NCBI RefSeq assembly: GCF_037042905.1
Contig: NC_087247.1
Location: 11,418,148 to 11,482,147 of the forward strand
Direction of reading: 5' to 3'
DNA from: Lytechinus pictus
Lineage: Eukaryota
DNA length: 64,000 nt
The position numbers and the translations under genes are program-made. The notes beneath the pieces are model-generated. The model did no database searches. It was not told where the DNA came from and saw only the letters and a list, made by a program, of their open reading frames with translations. Positions 35,696 to 48,289 of this stretch are shown in pieces (the stretch's first letter is position 1; every line of letters starts with the position of its first letter).

Positions 35696-35713
35696 GCACA
35701 TTTTATCTTGTAG

Positions 35714-35846
35714 GTTTCCACTCGTCTGAAGGCGATGTCGCACACCATAGGGACACTCCTCCAGGAGGTACTGAAAAGACTGGAGGATGATCATGGTCAG
35801 GATACGATTACTGTGGCCCTTGCATTGCTGGTCTCTACAAGAGATG
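35714..35846 (+). CDS. TEP1: TEP1-like exon 24
   Basis: VSTRLKAMSHTIGTLLQEVLKRLEDDHGQDTITVALALLVSTRDG. Human: VSERLRTLPATVPLLLQHILSTLEKEHGPDVLPQALTALEVTRSG. Confidence 0.85.
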
Positions 35847-36243
35847 GTAAGACACCACTCTTTCATTATATCCAGGGTTTCTTTTTTTCCAATCATGTTA
35901 AAGAGAAAGTCAGTTGAAGTTATTATTTGTTGGGCATCGCCTGTGCCTGGGAGGCGTAGAGCGAACTGAAATACTATGACCTGCAGGTATCTCCTCCCGA
36001 TATAACTGATCAGGGGAGTGGAGGTGGACCACTACACCGGGGTTTCCCCGTACTCCTATACGAATAGTGCAGTGGGTTCTTAATGTGCAAAGGTGGTGGC
36101 TTGCTTAATCAATTAATTATCATACAATTAAATATCAATTAATGAATAAATAGAAATAACAGAATGATTAAATGAATAAATAATTAAGTAAATAAATAAA
36201 TAGTAAATAAATAAATAAGTAAGATGTATACATTTTATTCCAG

Positions 36244-36424
36244 GATTATATGAAGAGGATCTGCACTGCCTGCTCAGTCTACACAGGCAACTCAAGGAAG
36301 GCAAGTACACCTACAAACAAGTGATAGGTACAGCCCTGGGTCCTGAGGTCATGCTACCTCAAGCTGAATTGTCAAGATTAGTACGAGGGATCAAATCTCT
36401 GCTGGCACCTACGGGTGAACACAG
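36244..36424 (+). CDS. TEP1: TEP1-like exon 25
   Basis: LYEEDLHCLLSLHRQLKEGKYTYKQVIGTALGPEVMLPQAELSRLVRGIKSLLAPTGEH. Human: LTVDQLHGVLSVWRTLPKGTKSWEEAV...LVQSLRSLLGEG. Confidence 0.8.
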
Positions 36425-36460
36425 GTAAGGGAGGAAACCTTTTGTGTCTCTGATCTTCAT

Positions 36461-37437
36461 AGCTATTGGCCTGTATTCTGAAGTCAAGTTTAATTTGATA
36501 TCGAGTCTATGGAAAGCCAATTGTGACATGAATCTCTGATAGGACATCTTTTATTTATCGGCTTTTTATATCATTCACAACTGTTTGAGAATAAGAACCT
36601 CTTGGTTGGTATTCCGATAGCCATGGTTTATTTTAACCTGGGTTAACTTTACAGACCACACTTTATGGAGTGCCAGTTGTCAAAGTCATTCTCCAATTAA
36701 AATAATTTTTCCTGCTGCAAAAAAATTGTCAAAAATTAATTGAGACATGATTATGAATTTTGATTAATTAATTTGTATAGTACAATTGCCGTGAATATGC
36801 AACAAATGTTATAAAGCCCAGCATTCCATAGAAGTGCAGTTTAAAATTATAATTTAGACTTGGGTTAAACCTAGGTTTAATTATCAAGATACCATCCAAT
36901 AGATGATGAAAGAGTAAAGTAAACATCAGAAATATAGACATGCCAACCATTCCCTTTTTAGAGTATTTGTTCCTCCTTTTTGCTACAAATACACCAATAC
37001 ATTTTTTGTATGATTTGTTTTTTATTTTTTTATGTCTAATCATGGAGTATGCATTATACACAGCGCCTGTCAGTAGCGCCTGTCCGACAGTTCCAGACCG
37101 GGAAAAATCACTGTCGGGCCAGTAACTTGTTGCATGAAAAGAACAAGTAAATTCTTGCTTACGAGCAAATGTTTAAAAGGTTGAATTATCAAGTTTTCAA
37201 GTAGAGTCATTTCACATGTTTTTTTACCGATCTCACTACAACAGGCTGGTGATTGTTACATTGAGACAAATTTTTAAAAATACTCTTTTTTGTAAAAAAA
37301 TACTTTTTTTCCCTTATAAGAATCTTTTTTGGGGGGTTGTAGAAGGTTTGCAGATCTGGAAATATAAATTATTGCTCAAATTATGACATTTTCAGGTTCC
37401 CATGATTCCCAGCAGACTTCAGAATACAGGCCATGGT
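36461..37437. mobile_element. Cluster of fragments of the GGCCCGTATTCTGAAGT MITE family
   Basis: ggcctgtattctgaagtcaagtttaa at 36466, gggttaaacctaggtttaa at 36850, and cagacttcagaatacaggccatgg at 37405. Confidence 0.6.
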
Positions 37438-37792
37438 ATTTATGCATCGTGAATATCATATTTTTTTTTCATATGAAAGTCATGCATGTTGATTATTGGC
37501 CATCCTAAGTGAATTGCTTCTAAACAAGTCCCCTTGTTTGATTTTAAACTTGAGAATATGTAGATTGAAAACCCATTTCTTGTGAATTATTGTTTCAGAA
37601 TGCAAACTCATACAATAAAAAGGCGATTCTTTTCTTGGAAATTATTTTTTTGGGGGATGGGTATTAGAAAATATTTTACCATGTGCAGAAGAAAACTGAT
37701 TTATGTAGTTGTGTTTTTATTCATTGTCCAGTTTTCTGATTTTCTGATCTGAGCATGAAATATTTATTTTCAAATTTTATTCTTTGTTGCAG

Positions 37793-37902
37793 TGACCATA
37801 GATTAAGGGTCAGTCATGGTCAGATTAGCCAGGCCATTGTCCAGCGCTACATGAAGGGGGCTGCCAGTGAACTCCAGATCAGAACTCACGCATTGCTTGC
37901 AG
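37793..37902 (+). CDS. TEP1: TEP1-like exon 26
   Basis: SDHRLRVSHGQISQAIVQRYMKGAASELQIRTHALLA. Phase 2 in, 1 out. ttgcag| and CAG|gtaatg. Confidence 0.7.
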
Positions 37903-38523
37903 GTAATGCAAAGTAACATAAGAAAGTGAATGAGTGTATCATGTTTTGAATACAAGATAGTAGAGTTAAGGACATGTTCAAATTTGTATTTGAAAGGGGT
38001 ACTCTAGGCTAAAAACAATATCATCTGAATAAATTGAGTAAATAACAAGTTAAACAGTGAAATAACATATATTCTGTGTATAATTTCAATTGAATAGAAA
38101 ATATTGAAATTAAACCAAAAAAAAATTAGAGTAAAGCTTGACTATTACAGAAGAGTCGAGTGTATTAGGCAAAATAGCATGCTGAGGTGATTTATCTTCG
38201 AAAGCTAATTAAAAAAATATGATTAAAAATTATTTGATTTTGTATAGCATTATTTCCATTATGATTACATGGTCAAGGTGCTTCACAATATGAGGAAAAA
38301 AATTGTGAGGAATATAAAAAGAAATATTTGAAATTATTCAAAGAGAGTAAAAACGTAGATGCTCTAGCCCTGTATTGAATGAAAATTCTTTCTCTGCAGT
38401 ATTTGGGATTGGATAGATGATTCGTGAGGAAAAAATGTATCCTTTTTCTTTAATACATTTTGACACAACGATATGCTGTTAATTTTTTTGTATTATTTTT
38501 TTTGTATTATTTTTTTCTTACAG

Positions 38524-38723
38524 GTTACTTCAATCACCTATCAAGGACCAAGAACGTCGCGTCTCCTTGGTCTACAGACTATCCCCATGCTCTCACTGAG
38601 ATGCCGTATCATCTAGTACAGGCTGGATTGTTCGCTGAACTCAAGAATGTACTGTCGGATCCGTTCTTCATCCAGGCCAAGTGCTCCTCGGGGCTGACGG
38701 CGAGTCTCCTGGAAGATTTCCAG
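38524..38723 (+). CDS. TEP1: TEP1-like exon 27
   Basis: GYFNHLSRTKNVASPWSTDYPHALTEMPYHLVQAGLFAELKNVLSDPFFIQAKCSSGLTASLLEDFQ. Human: PEALGDLPYHLLQSGNRGLLSKFLTNLHVVAAHLELGLVSRLLEAH. Confidence 0.85.
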
Positions 38724-38724
38724 G

Positions 38725-39055
38725 TGAGGGGGTCATGATGGTGGTGGCGAAGATGATGGCTTTGATGGTGGCGGTGTTTTTAGCGGTGGTGGTGTTGGTG
38801 GTGGTGGTGGTCATGATGGTGGTGGTGGTGGTGCTGATGCTGGTGCTGGTGATGATGAAGGTGATGGTGGTGGTGATGATTGTGATGATGATGGTGTTTG
38901 TGATGAGATGATGATGATGATTTTGATAATGATGATGATTTTAATGATTACAAACATAATGAAGATGATGTTGGTGGTGATTTTCGTGATTTCACTAATA
39001 ATGATAATTATGATGGAGATGATGATGATATTGAAAATAAGAAGTAAATTTTTGA
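38725..39055. repeat. (GGT/GAT)n microsatellite immediately after the exon 27 donor
   Basis: ggtggtggtgatgatg... for ~330 bp. Gives spurious poly-Val/Met ORFs on both strands. Confidence 0.95.
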
Positions 39056-39128
39056 ATAACAAATGCCTTTTTAAAAAGCCATCAAATGTCGTGTTAATAT
39101 ATTCTTTAATTTCTTGGATGACAAACAG

Positions 39129-39410
39129 GCTAACACATCCACCACATCCAAGGCAATCCTTCGGGAACGCGAGAAATTCCTGACCAACCCGCTCATCACC
39201 GGCTTGCGCTCTTTCATCTCTCGACACCTCCACATCCTGACCCTCTGCCCAGGGTTGCTATGGCAACAGGCAATGAACGAACCAAATAACTCCCTCGTCC
39301 GCGATGCTATGCTGGAATCTGCGGGATCGGGAGGGAAGGGTATGGTGGCTTGGAGGAACAAAAGAGAAACGGCTGATGAATGCGCCATGACCCTGACAGG
39401 GTTCACTGAT
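39129..39410 (+). CDS. TEP1: TEP1-like exon 28 (pre-WD40 region)
   Basis: ANTSTTSKAILREREKFLTNPLITGLRSFISRHLHILTLCPGLLWQQAMNEPNNSLVRDAMLESAG...TLTGFTD. Human: EADVAVFRTFLRQQASILSQYPRLLPQQAANQPLDSPLCHQASLLS. 94 codons, phase 0. Confidence 0.85.
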
Positions 39411-40270
39411 GTATGTTAATACCTCTTTTTTTTTTTTGCTTAATAAACATATCTATCTTAAGTTTAATCCATTGGATCCTTTAGCAAGTTTATGGGAATT
39501 ACCGAAGCTGGGGCCCTGCCTTATAAATCCTGATTTTGATTGGGTGCTGAGCCCTGTTCACCGTAGTACACTGTAGTTGGCATAATTTTGCAGTTGCCAT
39601 AGTTGTAACTATGTAACTATTTATGAAACAGGCCCCTGATACTAAGATGCTAGTTTTATCTTCAAGTTTCTTGCTTTATATGAACTATATCATGAAGTTT
39701 ATTAGACATTCAAGAATAGGCTCATCTGGGAACTGATCCCCTTTTTTCTCCACAAAGCACTACATTATTGTTTGTATTATTGGCATTCCTGAAAGCATCT
39801 GATTATAGAAATACACTTGTGATTGACACAATGAAATGAATATTTTTTTGCTCTCTCACTGAATTATACAAAATGTATTTGATATGCTACCCTCTTCACT
39901 GATTTTTGTCTGCATTGTTGTATGTATTGATAGTCTTCCTGAAGGTGTCTGTTGAAATATACATTTGATTGTAAAAAAAAAAATAGTAATGTTGTTGCTC
40001 TTTATAGCATTATCATTATATTTTGATTTATGACATTTTTAGAATAAATTTTCTCGACAAAATTTTACTATACTTTTGAGTATATTGAGCAGAAAATCAA
40101 CTTTATTTATTGAATTTTTACTATACTTTGATTTATGAAATTCTTAGAATGAATTTCCTTGACAACAGTTTACAATACTGTTGAGTGTATTGAGCAGATA
40201 GAGCATTCTATGGTAAAAGTAAAAATTGATGCAATTAATATAAATATGTATCGCATCTGTTGTTCTTTAG

Positions 40271-40366
40271 GCTGTGCTATGTGTAGCTATAGCTCCTGGA
40301 GCTCAGGTCTTTGCTGTCGGGACCAAGAACTGTCAGCTCAAGCTCTTTGAGATGGAGACCGGCAAG
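40271..40366 (+). CDS. TEP1: TEP1-like exon 29 (first WD40 repeat)
   Basis: AVLCVAIAPGAQVFAVGTKNCQLKLFEMETGK. Human: AVAFSTNGQRAAVGTANGTVYLLDLRTWQ. Confidence 0.85.
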
Positions 40367-40987
40367 GTATATATTGTATTACTTCTTTTTGCCTCTGTGC
40401 GCCGTTTGGTTTTTTTTAATGTCAAATGTTGAAGGATAAATTTATCAGGATATAGTTCTATGCAATATGATAGGTCAGAATGTCGACTGCAGTCAAGAAT
40501 TTCTCTAGTTTTAGACAGTGAACCTGTTGCATTAGACTTGTTATCAATAACATTTGGACGGCAAACTAGCTCCAGTCAGTTAAATGGCCTGGGGCCCGTA
40601 ACACAATGGTTAGCGATTAATGGTTCACTTAATTGTACATTGTAGTCAATGCAATTAATTGTGTTTCGGGGCCCCTGGCTTCATTAGTATATAAACAGTG
40701 TCTTGAGATTTGCCATTGATAAGTTGTGTGGTTTTTTTTTTTTAAACAAGGGTAAGGAAAATAAGTGGCTCCATTTATTAAGTTATAGTTATATCATGTT
40801 GAGCTTGGTCATAGTCATAATTTGTTGTCGAAAATGGGTATGTATCAGTCCAATATTGTTAAAACACCGGGGAAATATGGGGTATTTTTGTAGCGTAAGA
40901 ACAAAAAAACTGTATTCTTTATATTATTACTAACTGTAAACAAATATCTTCATCAGTTTTCTTCTGGAATATTTGGGTTTTATTCAG

Positions 40988-41112
40988 GAATTAAAGAGCT
41001 TCATTGGACATTCTGATGCTGTGACATCTTGTTGCTTTGTTGGTAAAAGCCGTCTTGTCTCCGCCTCGCGTGACAAAACACTGAGTCTTTGGGATGTTGA
41101 GCAGGGCTTCAG
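40988..41112 (+). CDS. TEP1: TEP1-like exon 30 (WD40)
   Basis: ELKSFIGHSDAVTSCCFVGKSRLVSASRDKTLSLWDVEQGF. Canonical GH...WD repeat. tattcag| and CAG|gtaagt. Confidence 0.9.
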
Positions 41113-41587
41113 GTAAGTGGCTCCACTTAAAAGCGGAATGAATTTACAAAAAACAAAACCATGACAACTACCAAAAACATTCCATGAATCATTGATGAGT
41201 GCAAAGTTGGCCTTAAAAAGGGGAATATTTCTGGAATCCTGTGATAAAAGTCTGTGAATATAACTAGTATTACTTTTAAAGTTAATGATTTTTGTTATTT
41301 ATTAGACACCATGCAAAGAGGTAAAGTTCGCCTCTGGTTGACTTCTCATGAAGGATACTGGAACACTATTTTAATGGCACTGTAAAGCATTTGAACATAG
41401 ATAAGCAAAACTTACATCTGGGTAAAATTTCTCTTTTCTTGAGGTCCAAAATTTCAATGATATTGAACAGAAAGTTTGGTACATACATGATGGTCTATTA
41501 GGAATTCATAAGATTATGTCGCATTATGCAATATGCTTTGACAAAACTCTACGAAATCTCACACTATTCCTGCCATCACCCCTCTAG

Positions 41588-41843
41588 GGTCAACACACTC
41601 AAGGGTCACAGGGGGCTCGTCAGCGGGTGCATCTCCGACTCCAAGGGGGTCAACCTGGCCTCCTGCGGCTGGGATTGCCGGGTCCTGATCTGGGACGGCC
41701 GCAGCGGCAAGCAGACCTCGGACATCACCGAGCCGCGCCCCATCAGCTGTCTGTCCTACCATCCGGAAGGGAAGCTTCTCGTCACCGGGTCGTGGGATGC
41801 CACGCTGAAAATCTGGGACACCTTCAACAAGAAGAGAGTGGCC
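41588..41843 (+). CDS. TEP1: TEP1-like exon 31 (two WD40 repeats; very high GC3)
   Basis: VNTLKGHRGLVSGCISDSKGVNLASCGWDCRVLIWDGRSGKQ...CLSYHPEGKLLVTGSWDATLKIWDTFNKKRVA. Human: LNCVAFHPEGQVIATGSWAGSISFFQV. Confidence 0.9.
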
Positions 41844-42173
41844 GTAAGTACACGTTGACATTGGATTATAATAATTCTGATAATGATGCAACTTATAGCG
41901 CCGACAAATCCACACTGCAGAGTGCTCAAGTACCCAACTGTAGCCAACTATCTTTATGGTGCACTGGTGTTTCACTTCAAGAAAATTCTGCAATGTACCC
42001 CTTTACTACCATTGGGTTGAGTGCAGTACAATGTGGACAAATTTCTTGCTGAAGAAAATAAAGGTACCCATTTACTACACCATTTACTAAACCTGGCTTG
42101 TGCAGGAGTCGTCAGGTAGACCACTCACATGGCATTATTAGAAATAACCAATTTATGTTTGAACACTTTGCAG

Positions 42174-42293
42174 ATTCTGCGCGGTCACCGTTCTTCCGTC
42201 CGTGCCGTCACCTATTCACCGACTGGTCGTCACATTGCATCTGCGTCACTAGATGGCGCTGTCAAACTCTGGTCGGCAGACACCGGAACACAG
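42174..42293 (+). CDS. TEP1: TEP1-like exon 32 (WD40)
   Basis: ILRGHRSSVRAVTYSPTGRHIASASLDGAVKLWSADTGTQ. 40 codons, phase 0. tttgcag| and CAG|gttagt. Confidence 0.9.
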
Positions 42294-42803
42294 GTTAGTA
42301 CACATGATTAGGTTGTACTTCAATATCTTTATTCAACAGTGGATGGCACCTTGTCAAAAGTCAGATCCAGAGTCACATGTTCAACTCGAATTAGAAAAAT
42401 GTACTATCATGTCAACTGTATTTGTGATTTATGTCATTCTTCGAACAATGTTTAAATGAAATTCGAATTCCCTAATAGTACATGATACAAACTTTGAAGT
42501 TATCATCTTCCAATTCTCCTTTTTTTTTTCAATTTTAGTTCAATTCAATAAATTCATTTCCTCTAACAATCTTTTCATATTTACAATGATAGTAACAATT
42601 AAATATTTGCACAATGTAAATCAAATGGCACAATACAATAACAGCATGAAATTGAAAGAGAAAAGGAGGCTAACTAAAAATCAGAGCTTGCCGTGTGAAG
42701 GCCCCCTATTATAAGTACAGTACATATAATAAATTATTTCTTAATCAAATTATAACAAATATGAAAAATATTTTTACATTTTATTTTGGTGCCCTCTTCA
42801 CAG

Positions 42804-42902
42804 GTCGGCAGTCTGTGCGGCCATTCCCAGCCAATCAACCACATTGCTTTCTCGCAGAGCGGGAGGGAGCTGGTCACTGTGAGCAATGACCACAAGACTA
42901 AG
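42804..42902 (+). CDS. TEP1: TEP1-like exon 33 (WD40)
   Basis: VGSLCGHSQPINHIAFSQSGRELVTVSNDHKTK. Phase 0. ttcacag| and AAG|gtataa. Confidence 0.85.
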
Positions 42903-43786
42903 GTATAAACAGCTGCAATCAAGTAACTTCTGAAGGTTTCCATGTCAAAGAAAGAAAAAATATAGCGGGTTCATGATACACCATGTATTTTTTTTGCGGG
43001 CATGTGTTGGTCCTGATAAGGACTTCCCAAACTGGATGTTTTGACCAGTGTGTTCTGCTCGTCTTCCGGAGACAAGGAGATGAGAAGAACATGCTTATAC
43101 TTGCCAAAACGTCAAGTTTGGATGGTCATTTAGTTTTCATTTATTCTACCTTCATATGTAAAAGTTTTTCAGGTGCAACACATGCCCACAAAAGAATTCA
43201 GGTGTACCGCGAAACCTCTATACTCTAGCTGCAATCAAGGCTGAGAATTTTGAGAAGATGGAGGAATGAGGTTATTGATTGAGTTCCGAGCATGAAGATT
43301 ATTTGATTGCCCAACATTGTTATTAAAAAAATGATCTTTTTTGTTATGAATATCATAGAAAAAGAGGCAAATTTAAAATTCCAGGTCTGTTATCTTCCAA
43401 TAAGAATGTTAAAAGTTGAATTTCACTGCCAAAGGGATGACCTCCTGAAGAATGTGTATTAAGCAATGTGCAAATGAATATGAAAATGGTGAAATCGAGT
43501 CTATTTGAAGTGTATGGTGATATGAAACTATGTAAAATGGGCTATATTCCTATCATATTCTTATTGGAATTCTCCCTAGGGAGTGGAGAAATGCATACAT
43601 TATATCCGATGACCGGGTTAATGATCTGTAAAGCGCTTAGAGGAATATTCTTGAAATTATGTTTAATGGGCTATATTCCTATCATATTCTTATTGGAATG
43701 CTCCCAAGGGAGTGGAGAAAGTGCATACATTATTAATGATCTGTAAAGCACTTAGAGGAATATCCTTGATTGATTGATGTCCTCAG

Positions 43787-44050
43787 GTTTGGTCAGGCAA
43801 CCTCGGTAAACAGCTGGCTACCTTCAAGGGCAAGGACCAATCAGCATCCACCCAAGCCACCTTCAGCACCGACGGCGAGTTCGTTGCTATGGGATACCAT
43901 TCTGGAGAGGTCAAGGTAATCGAAGTCGCCAGCAAGCGCGAGGTCTTTGCCTCGGTGCTCAGGGAGTCGCGGGTCAAAGGAATCGCCTGGTTGGACGATA
44001 GCAAGGATGGCTTGGCCGTCTTGGTGGGTTACGAGAGCGGACATGCTGTG
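43787..44050 (+). CDS. TEP1: TEP1-like exon 34 (WD40)
   Basis: VWSGNLGKQLATFKGKDQ...FSTDGEFVAMGYHSGEVKVIEVASKREVFA...GIAWLDDSKDGLAVLVGYESGHAV. Human: VWSGSLGRPRGHLGS...LSPDGDRVAVGYRADGIRIYKI. Confidence 0.9.
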
Positions 44051-44741
44051 GTAAGTGGTCTCGCACGTGTTCTTGTTTTTACATTCCAATATTTATGTTT
44101 GTGTACACTTTTGAACCTGTACATGCATTTTAAACTAATAGAAAATCAAGCAGTTGCTTCTTTTTGGAAGCAAGACCAAGAATAGACCTTTTTGCAGATA
44201 CCTGCCTTCATGAAAGCCGTTTCTGAATTGTTTTAAAAAGTTGACAGCAAAGTTATCTATGCCAACTTGCATTAAAGTGAGTGAAATCAAATAGATCAAA
44301 ATCAAAATCAGATGTGCAGTGATTCTTTTAGAAAATAAAGTATCGTCAAATAAAGTTTCTCGTGATAAATAAAGTAAAATTACAGTAGTGTTTGAGAACA
44401 GTCTTGTGTTATCAACTTTAATGCATATATTTTATGATGGTGTGGTGAAGGACATCCGAGGTGCAAGTCTTATACTGTAGTTTTGAAGAAATTTCAATCT
44501 GTTTTGTCGCTGTCCAAAAAGAATAGAATTACAAAAATCTAAATGCCATGAAATTATTTAATGAATGTAGCAGTTGTTCACATTTTGAGCTGTTCATAAT
44601 TAAGAGAGCAACTGATGCCAGACATTTCCTTTTCTGTGTGTGTTTGAATGCAAAAAAGTTCATACCGGTACTTGAATATTTCAACAAATTTTGCTTTGAT
44701 GATGTTAACACATTTCCGTTTCTGCCATTTAATTTTGATAG

Positions 44742-44917
44742 ATAATCAAGGGGGTTGAGAAGTCCAAGCCAACTGTAGTCCCACTCAAAGCAAACCACGC
44801 AGCCATCACCAGCCTGGCTTACTCCAACGCCACCCACACAGCCGCTGTCACCTACGACAACATGTGTGTCGCCCTTTGGTCCTATCCGTTGGCTGCCAAA
44901 GCCGGCGCAAAAAATGG
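44742..44917 (+). CDS. TEP1: TEP1-like exon 35 (WD40)
   Basis: IIKGVEKSKPTVVPLKANHAAITSLAYSNATHTAAVTYDNMCVALWSYPLAAKAGAKN. gatag| and TGG|gtaggt. The longer ORF on the opposite strand is rejected. Confidence 0.75.
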
Positions 44918-45309
44918 GTAGGTAGTGCTGGAAGCGCGACTGCTCTCTGTAATAATATGGATGCATTTTACATTTTGGTTTTGTTGGTGATTTTAACTGA
45001 AAACTGTTCGAAGCTACTGAATGAAAGCCATGCAGTTGAGTGGTTGAGACCAAGTTTGTTGGTGAAAGTCACTGACAAGATGCTTTTAACACTAACCTAC
45101 ATGTAATGTCATTGGATGGTTCTTTTCGTTCTGTGTGTGCATATTACATAACTTCCAAATGTACCACAGACTTTTTTTTTCATCATGACTGTGGAGCAGT
45201 TGGATGTTTAATTTAGCTCGGAACGAACGTTCTCACTGTCATGACCCCCCCAAAATAATATTCACACTCATCTTCTACATGTAACTAAATTATTTTGTTT
45301 AAAGTTATT

Positions 45310-46520
45310 ATTAAAGGACAAGTCCACCAGTTCAAAAAGGTTATTTTGATAAAAAAAAAGAGGAAATTCCAACAAGCATAACACTGAAAATTTCCTTAAA
45401 AATTGGATTTTAAATTTTTGAAAATTTTTAAGTTTTTAAAGTTTCTCTTAATTTTACGAACACTTATATGCACATCCTGATCCGTATGCAAATGAGGAAA
45501 CTGATGATGCCATCCATTTTTTGTATATTATTATATGAAAATGAAATATTCTAATTTTTCTCCTCATTGTCAACTAAAACAATGATTAATTCCTCCCTGA
45601 ACATGTGGAATTAGCATTGCTTAAAGGAGAATGAAACCCTTGAAACCAGCTGAATCCATATCAAAGAGAAAAATCAAAGAAACATATTGTTGAAAGTTTG
45701 AGGAAGATTGAATGAATAATAAGAAAGTTATGAGCATTCGAATATTGAGATCACTAGTGCCATGTAGATCCTCCCAACGGCAATGCGACCAAGATCTGTG
45801 ATATCACACACGTACAACTCCCTCATTACTTTAGTACTTATTTCACTTTCTCACTTTTATAGAGTCTATATCACAAGGTGAGGTGTTCTAGCTCTTTATG
45901 AGATGACAAGTACAGAGGTTTCACAACATTATATCATTGATGAATCGTTTGTCATATGATTAGAATGAGCAAAAAGGGATGTTTTGGGGTATATTTTCAG
46001 TGTCCAAATGGGAGAGTTGTACGTGTGTGACATCACAGATCTTGGTCGCATTGCCAATGGGAGGATCTCCATAGCATTAGTGATCTCGACATTCAAATGC
46101 TCATAACTCTTTTATTGCTAGTCCTATTTTTCTCAAAGTTTTGTTGATCTTATTCTTTGATTTTTCTGCTTTCACAAAACCTAACTTGCTCCAAGAGTTT
46201 CATTCTCCTTTAATACTATATGGTTCAGTCAAATTGGTCCTTATTGTCTAATCTGTAAAAAATGGAATGTTGTATAATTCAAACAATAAAAAACGAAATC
46301 GAAATGGTGAGTGAGGAACATCATAGACTGTCTCATTTGCATGTCACAGAGTTGTGTATATTTCTGTTTTGTGAAAAATAATGCAAAACTTTAAAATGTC
46401 ATACATATAACTTTCTTAATTTACATCCGATTTTGATGACATTTTCAGCGTTATGCTAGTTTGAGTTTTCTCTATTTATTCTAATCAACTTTTTTCTGGG
46501 GTGGACTTGACCTTTAATGA
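45310..46520. mobile_element. Nested inverted-repeat complex: outer pair 45310-45510 / 46290-46520 around a compact foldback element 45603-46230
   Basis: 45630-45800 (ggagaatgaaacccttgaaaccag...atcctcccaacgg) is reverse-complementary to 46010-46225, the same family as the 33961 arms. 45320-45510 (ggacaagtccaccagttcaaaaagg...) is the reverse complement of 46290-46510. This family also occurs at 23130-23340. Confidence 0.75.
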
Positions 46521-46739
46521 AACCTTCCAATAGACTGCTTGATCCCTCCGAATTTGAGGCATGATGACAGTGTACAAATGCACAGAGGAAGCCATCGAAT
46601 TGACTGGTAAATTACATAATATAATTTACTTCAAGACATGATAAAGTCATTCATATTGATATACATGTATTATTTGATATCTTCAAAAGTGAATTCAGAT
46701 CAGCCACAAACTTCAAAGCCTTTGAATTTTCCTTTTCAG

Positions 46740-46842
46740 AATCCCACCTACAAACCTACTGCATCCTAAGTGTAATGGAGTCATAACCTGCTGTACGTTC
46801 AGCCCAAGCGGGGATAGGCTGGTTCTAGGAACGAGAGATGCT
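46740..46842 (+). CDS. TEP1: TEP1-like exon 36 (WD40)
   Basis: IPPTNLLHPKCNGVITCCTFSPSGDRLVLGTRDA. Human: LRGHEGPVSCCSFSTDGGSLATGGRDRS. Confidence 0.85.
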
Positions 46843-47668
46843 GTGAGTACTTTATTTAGAAAAAAAATAATGAAAGTTGCAGTAAAGATAGAAATAATCA
46901 TTTTGAACTTTTGAATTTCTTTTCATATTTAGGGGAAAAAAATCATGAATAATAAAGTTATGCTGCAAAGAATTGCTCTTCCTGTCCAGTGCCCTCAGAG
47001 TCAAAATATAACAAATGATTGGTGAACTGTTTGGCTGACAATTTTGGTGAAGTCCCATACATGCTTATCCATGTGCAGTGCATGTGACCAAAGATTTGCT
47101 TCTTAGATGCATTATAAATTTCACAATCACTGTAAGAGCGTTTTATCCATTATAAGAATTCATAATTTGAATGATATATTCTCTTTAATACCATTACATC
47201 ATGATGATTTATAGATAAAGTTGTAAACCACCTCTGAAAGAATTCTGCAATTTCAAGCAGGATCCATGTACACTCTAATGTTAAATCATTTATTCTGTCT
47301 TATGTCCGAGTGTTCCATTCTGATATTGAAGTTGAAAATTATTATCATTACATTTACATGTTTTCTCTATGATGATTGTTTTTGGTGGAATAAAACTGGC
47401 GAGAACAGTTGAGAAAAAGCAAGTCGTCTATCTGAATAAAATCAGCTTTTGAGAAATAAAGATCACATTCAATGTATACGCTGTGAGCCAAGAAATAACA
47501 AATATTTATAGTTCGTTTTTTTTTTAGGTGCATTGTTCATATTCACGTGGACTCATTCCTCATTCAGCTTCGGACTGCAAGGAATTGTATTTAATTAATG
47601 AGTAAAGTCCATTAGTTATTTCAATTATTCTTTGATATTTTCCATTATTATTATTATTTTTTTTTCAG

Positions 47669-47788
47669 ATGTTGTTCGTTTACAAAGTATGGGGATTAAA
47701 TCCAGAATCTCAGCCTGCCCTTCATCTTGATAACTGTCACAAAGATTGGATCAATTCCTGTGCTTGGTCACCAGCCACTGATGTCTTG
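47669..47788 (+). CDS. TEP1: TEP1-like exon 37 (WD40)
   Basis: MLFVYKVWGLNPESQPALHLDNCHKDWINSCAWSPATDVL. Human: PVLIHSFPACHRDWVTGCAWTKDNLL. Confidence 0.9.
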
Positions 47789-48289
47789 GTAAATATTCAA
47801 ATCCAATATTGTCCTTCAGCTCGTACAATATGTCTTCGCATCCCACTCAAGGCCATCCAATATTTTTAGTATTTAGATATCCCCACAAAGCTTAACATAA
47901 ATTTATAAAGCAAAAAAAAATGTTTTTACTAACCATCATTTATGGCAATCCTGTAAATCATTAGAATGGCGCCTGAGTGTTACCATTAAAAAAAAATATC
48001 TCTGTAAAGATGCGCTAGCGTATAGTGCAAGCGCAATTGAATTCAATAAATCAACGCTTTACCACACCTCATGGTAACTCATACGCAATGCAATTTCATT
48101 GTGACGTAACAATAGCTTCGTGCGCACAATCATTTATTAACCAATGATAATCTTGTGGGCGTGGCAAAATATTCATTTCGTCCAGTATTTTCAATATTGC
48201 ACGTTAAAAATCAGTTTTAATATTTTGTCTCTTTGATACAACTTCGCAAGACCTCAAAAATTGTCTGCCCCTCTAAAACCCTTCATCTA

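Noticed and set aside
38681-39233. Poly-Val/Met and poly-Ile ORFs on both strands
   Set aside because: Translation of the (GGT/GAT)n microsatellite. The same applies to 48485-48896 (poly-His), 51639-51938 and 57554-57991 (poly-His/Ile), all intronic.
44529-45053. 174-aa minus-strand ORF
   Set aside because: Antisense to the GC-rich plus-strand WD40 exon 35. The plus-strand reading has clear WD-repeat homology and phase-consistent splice sites.
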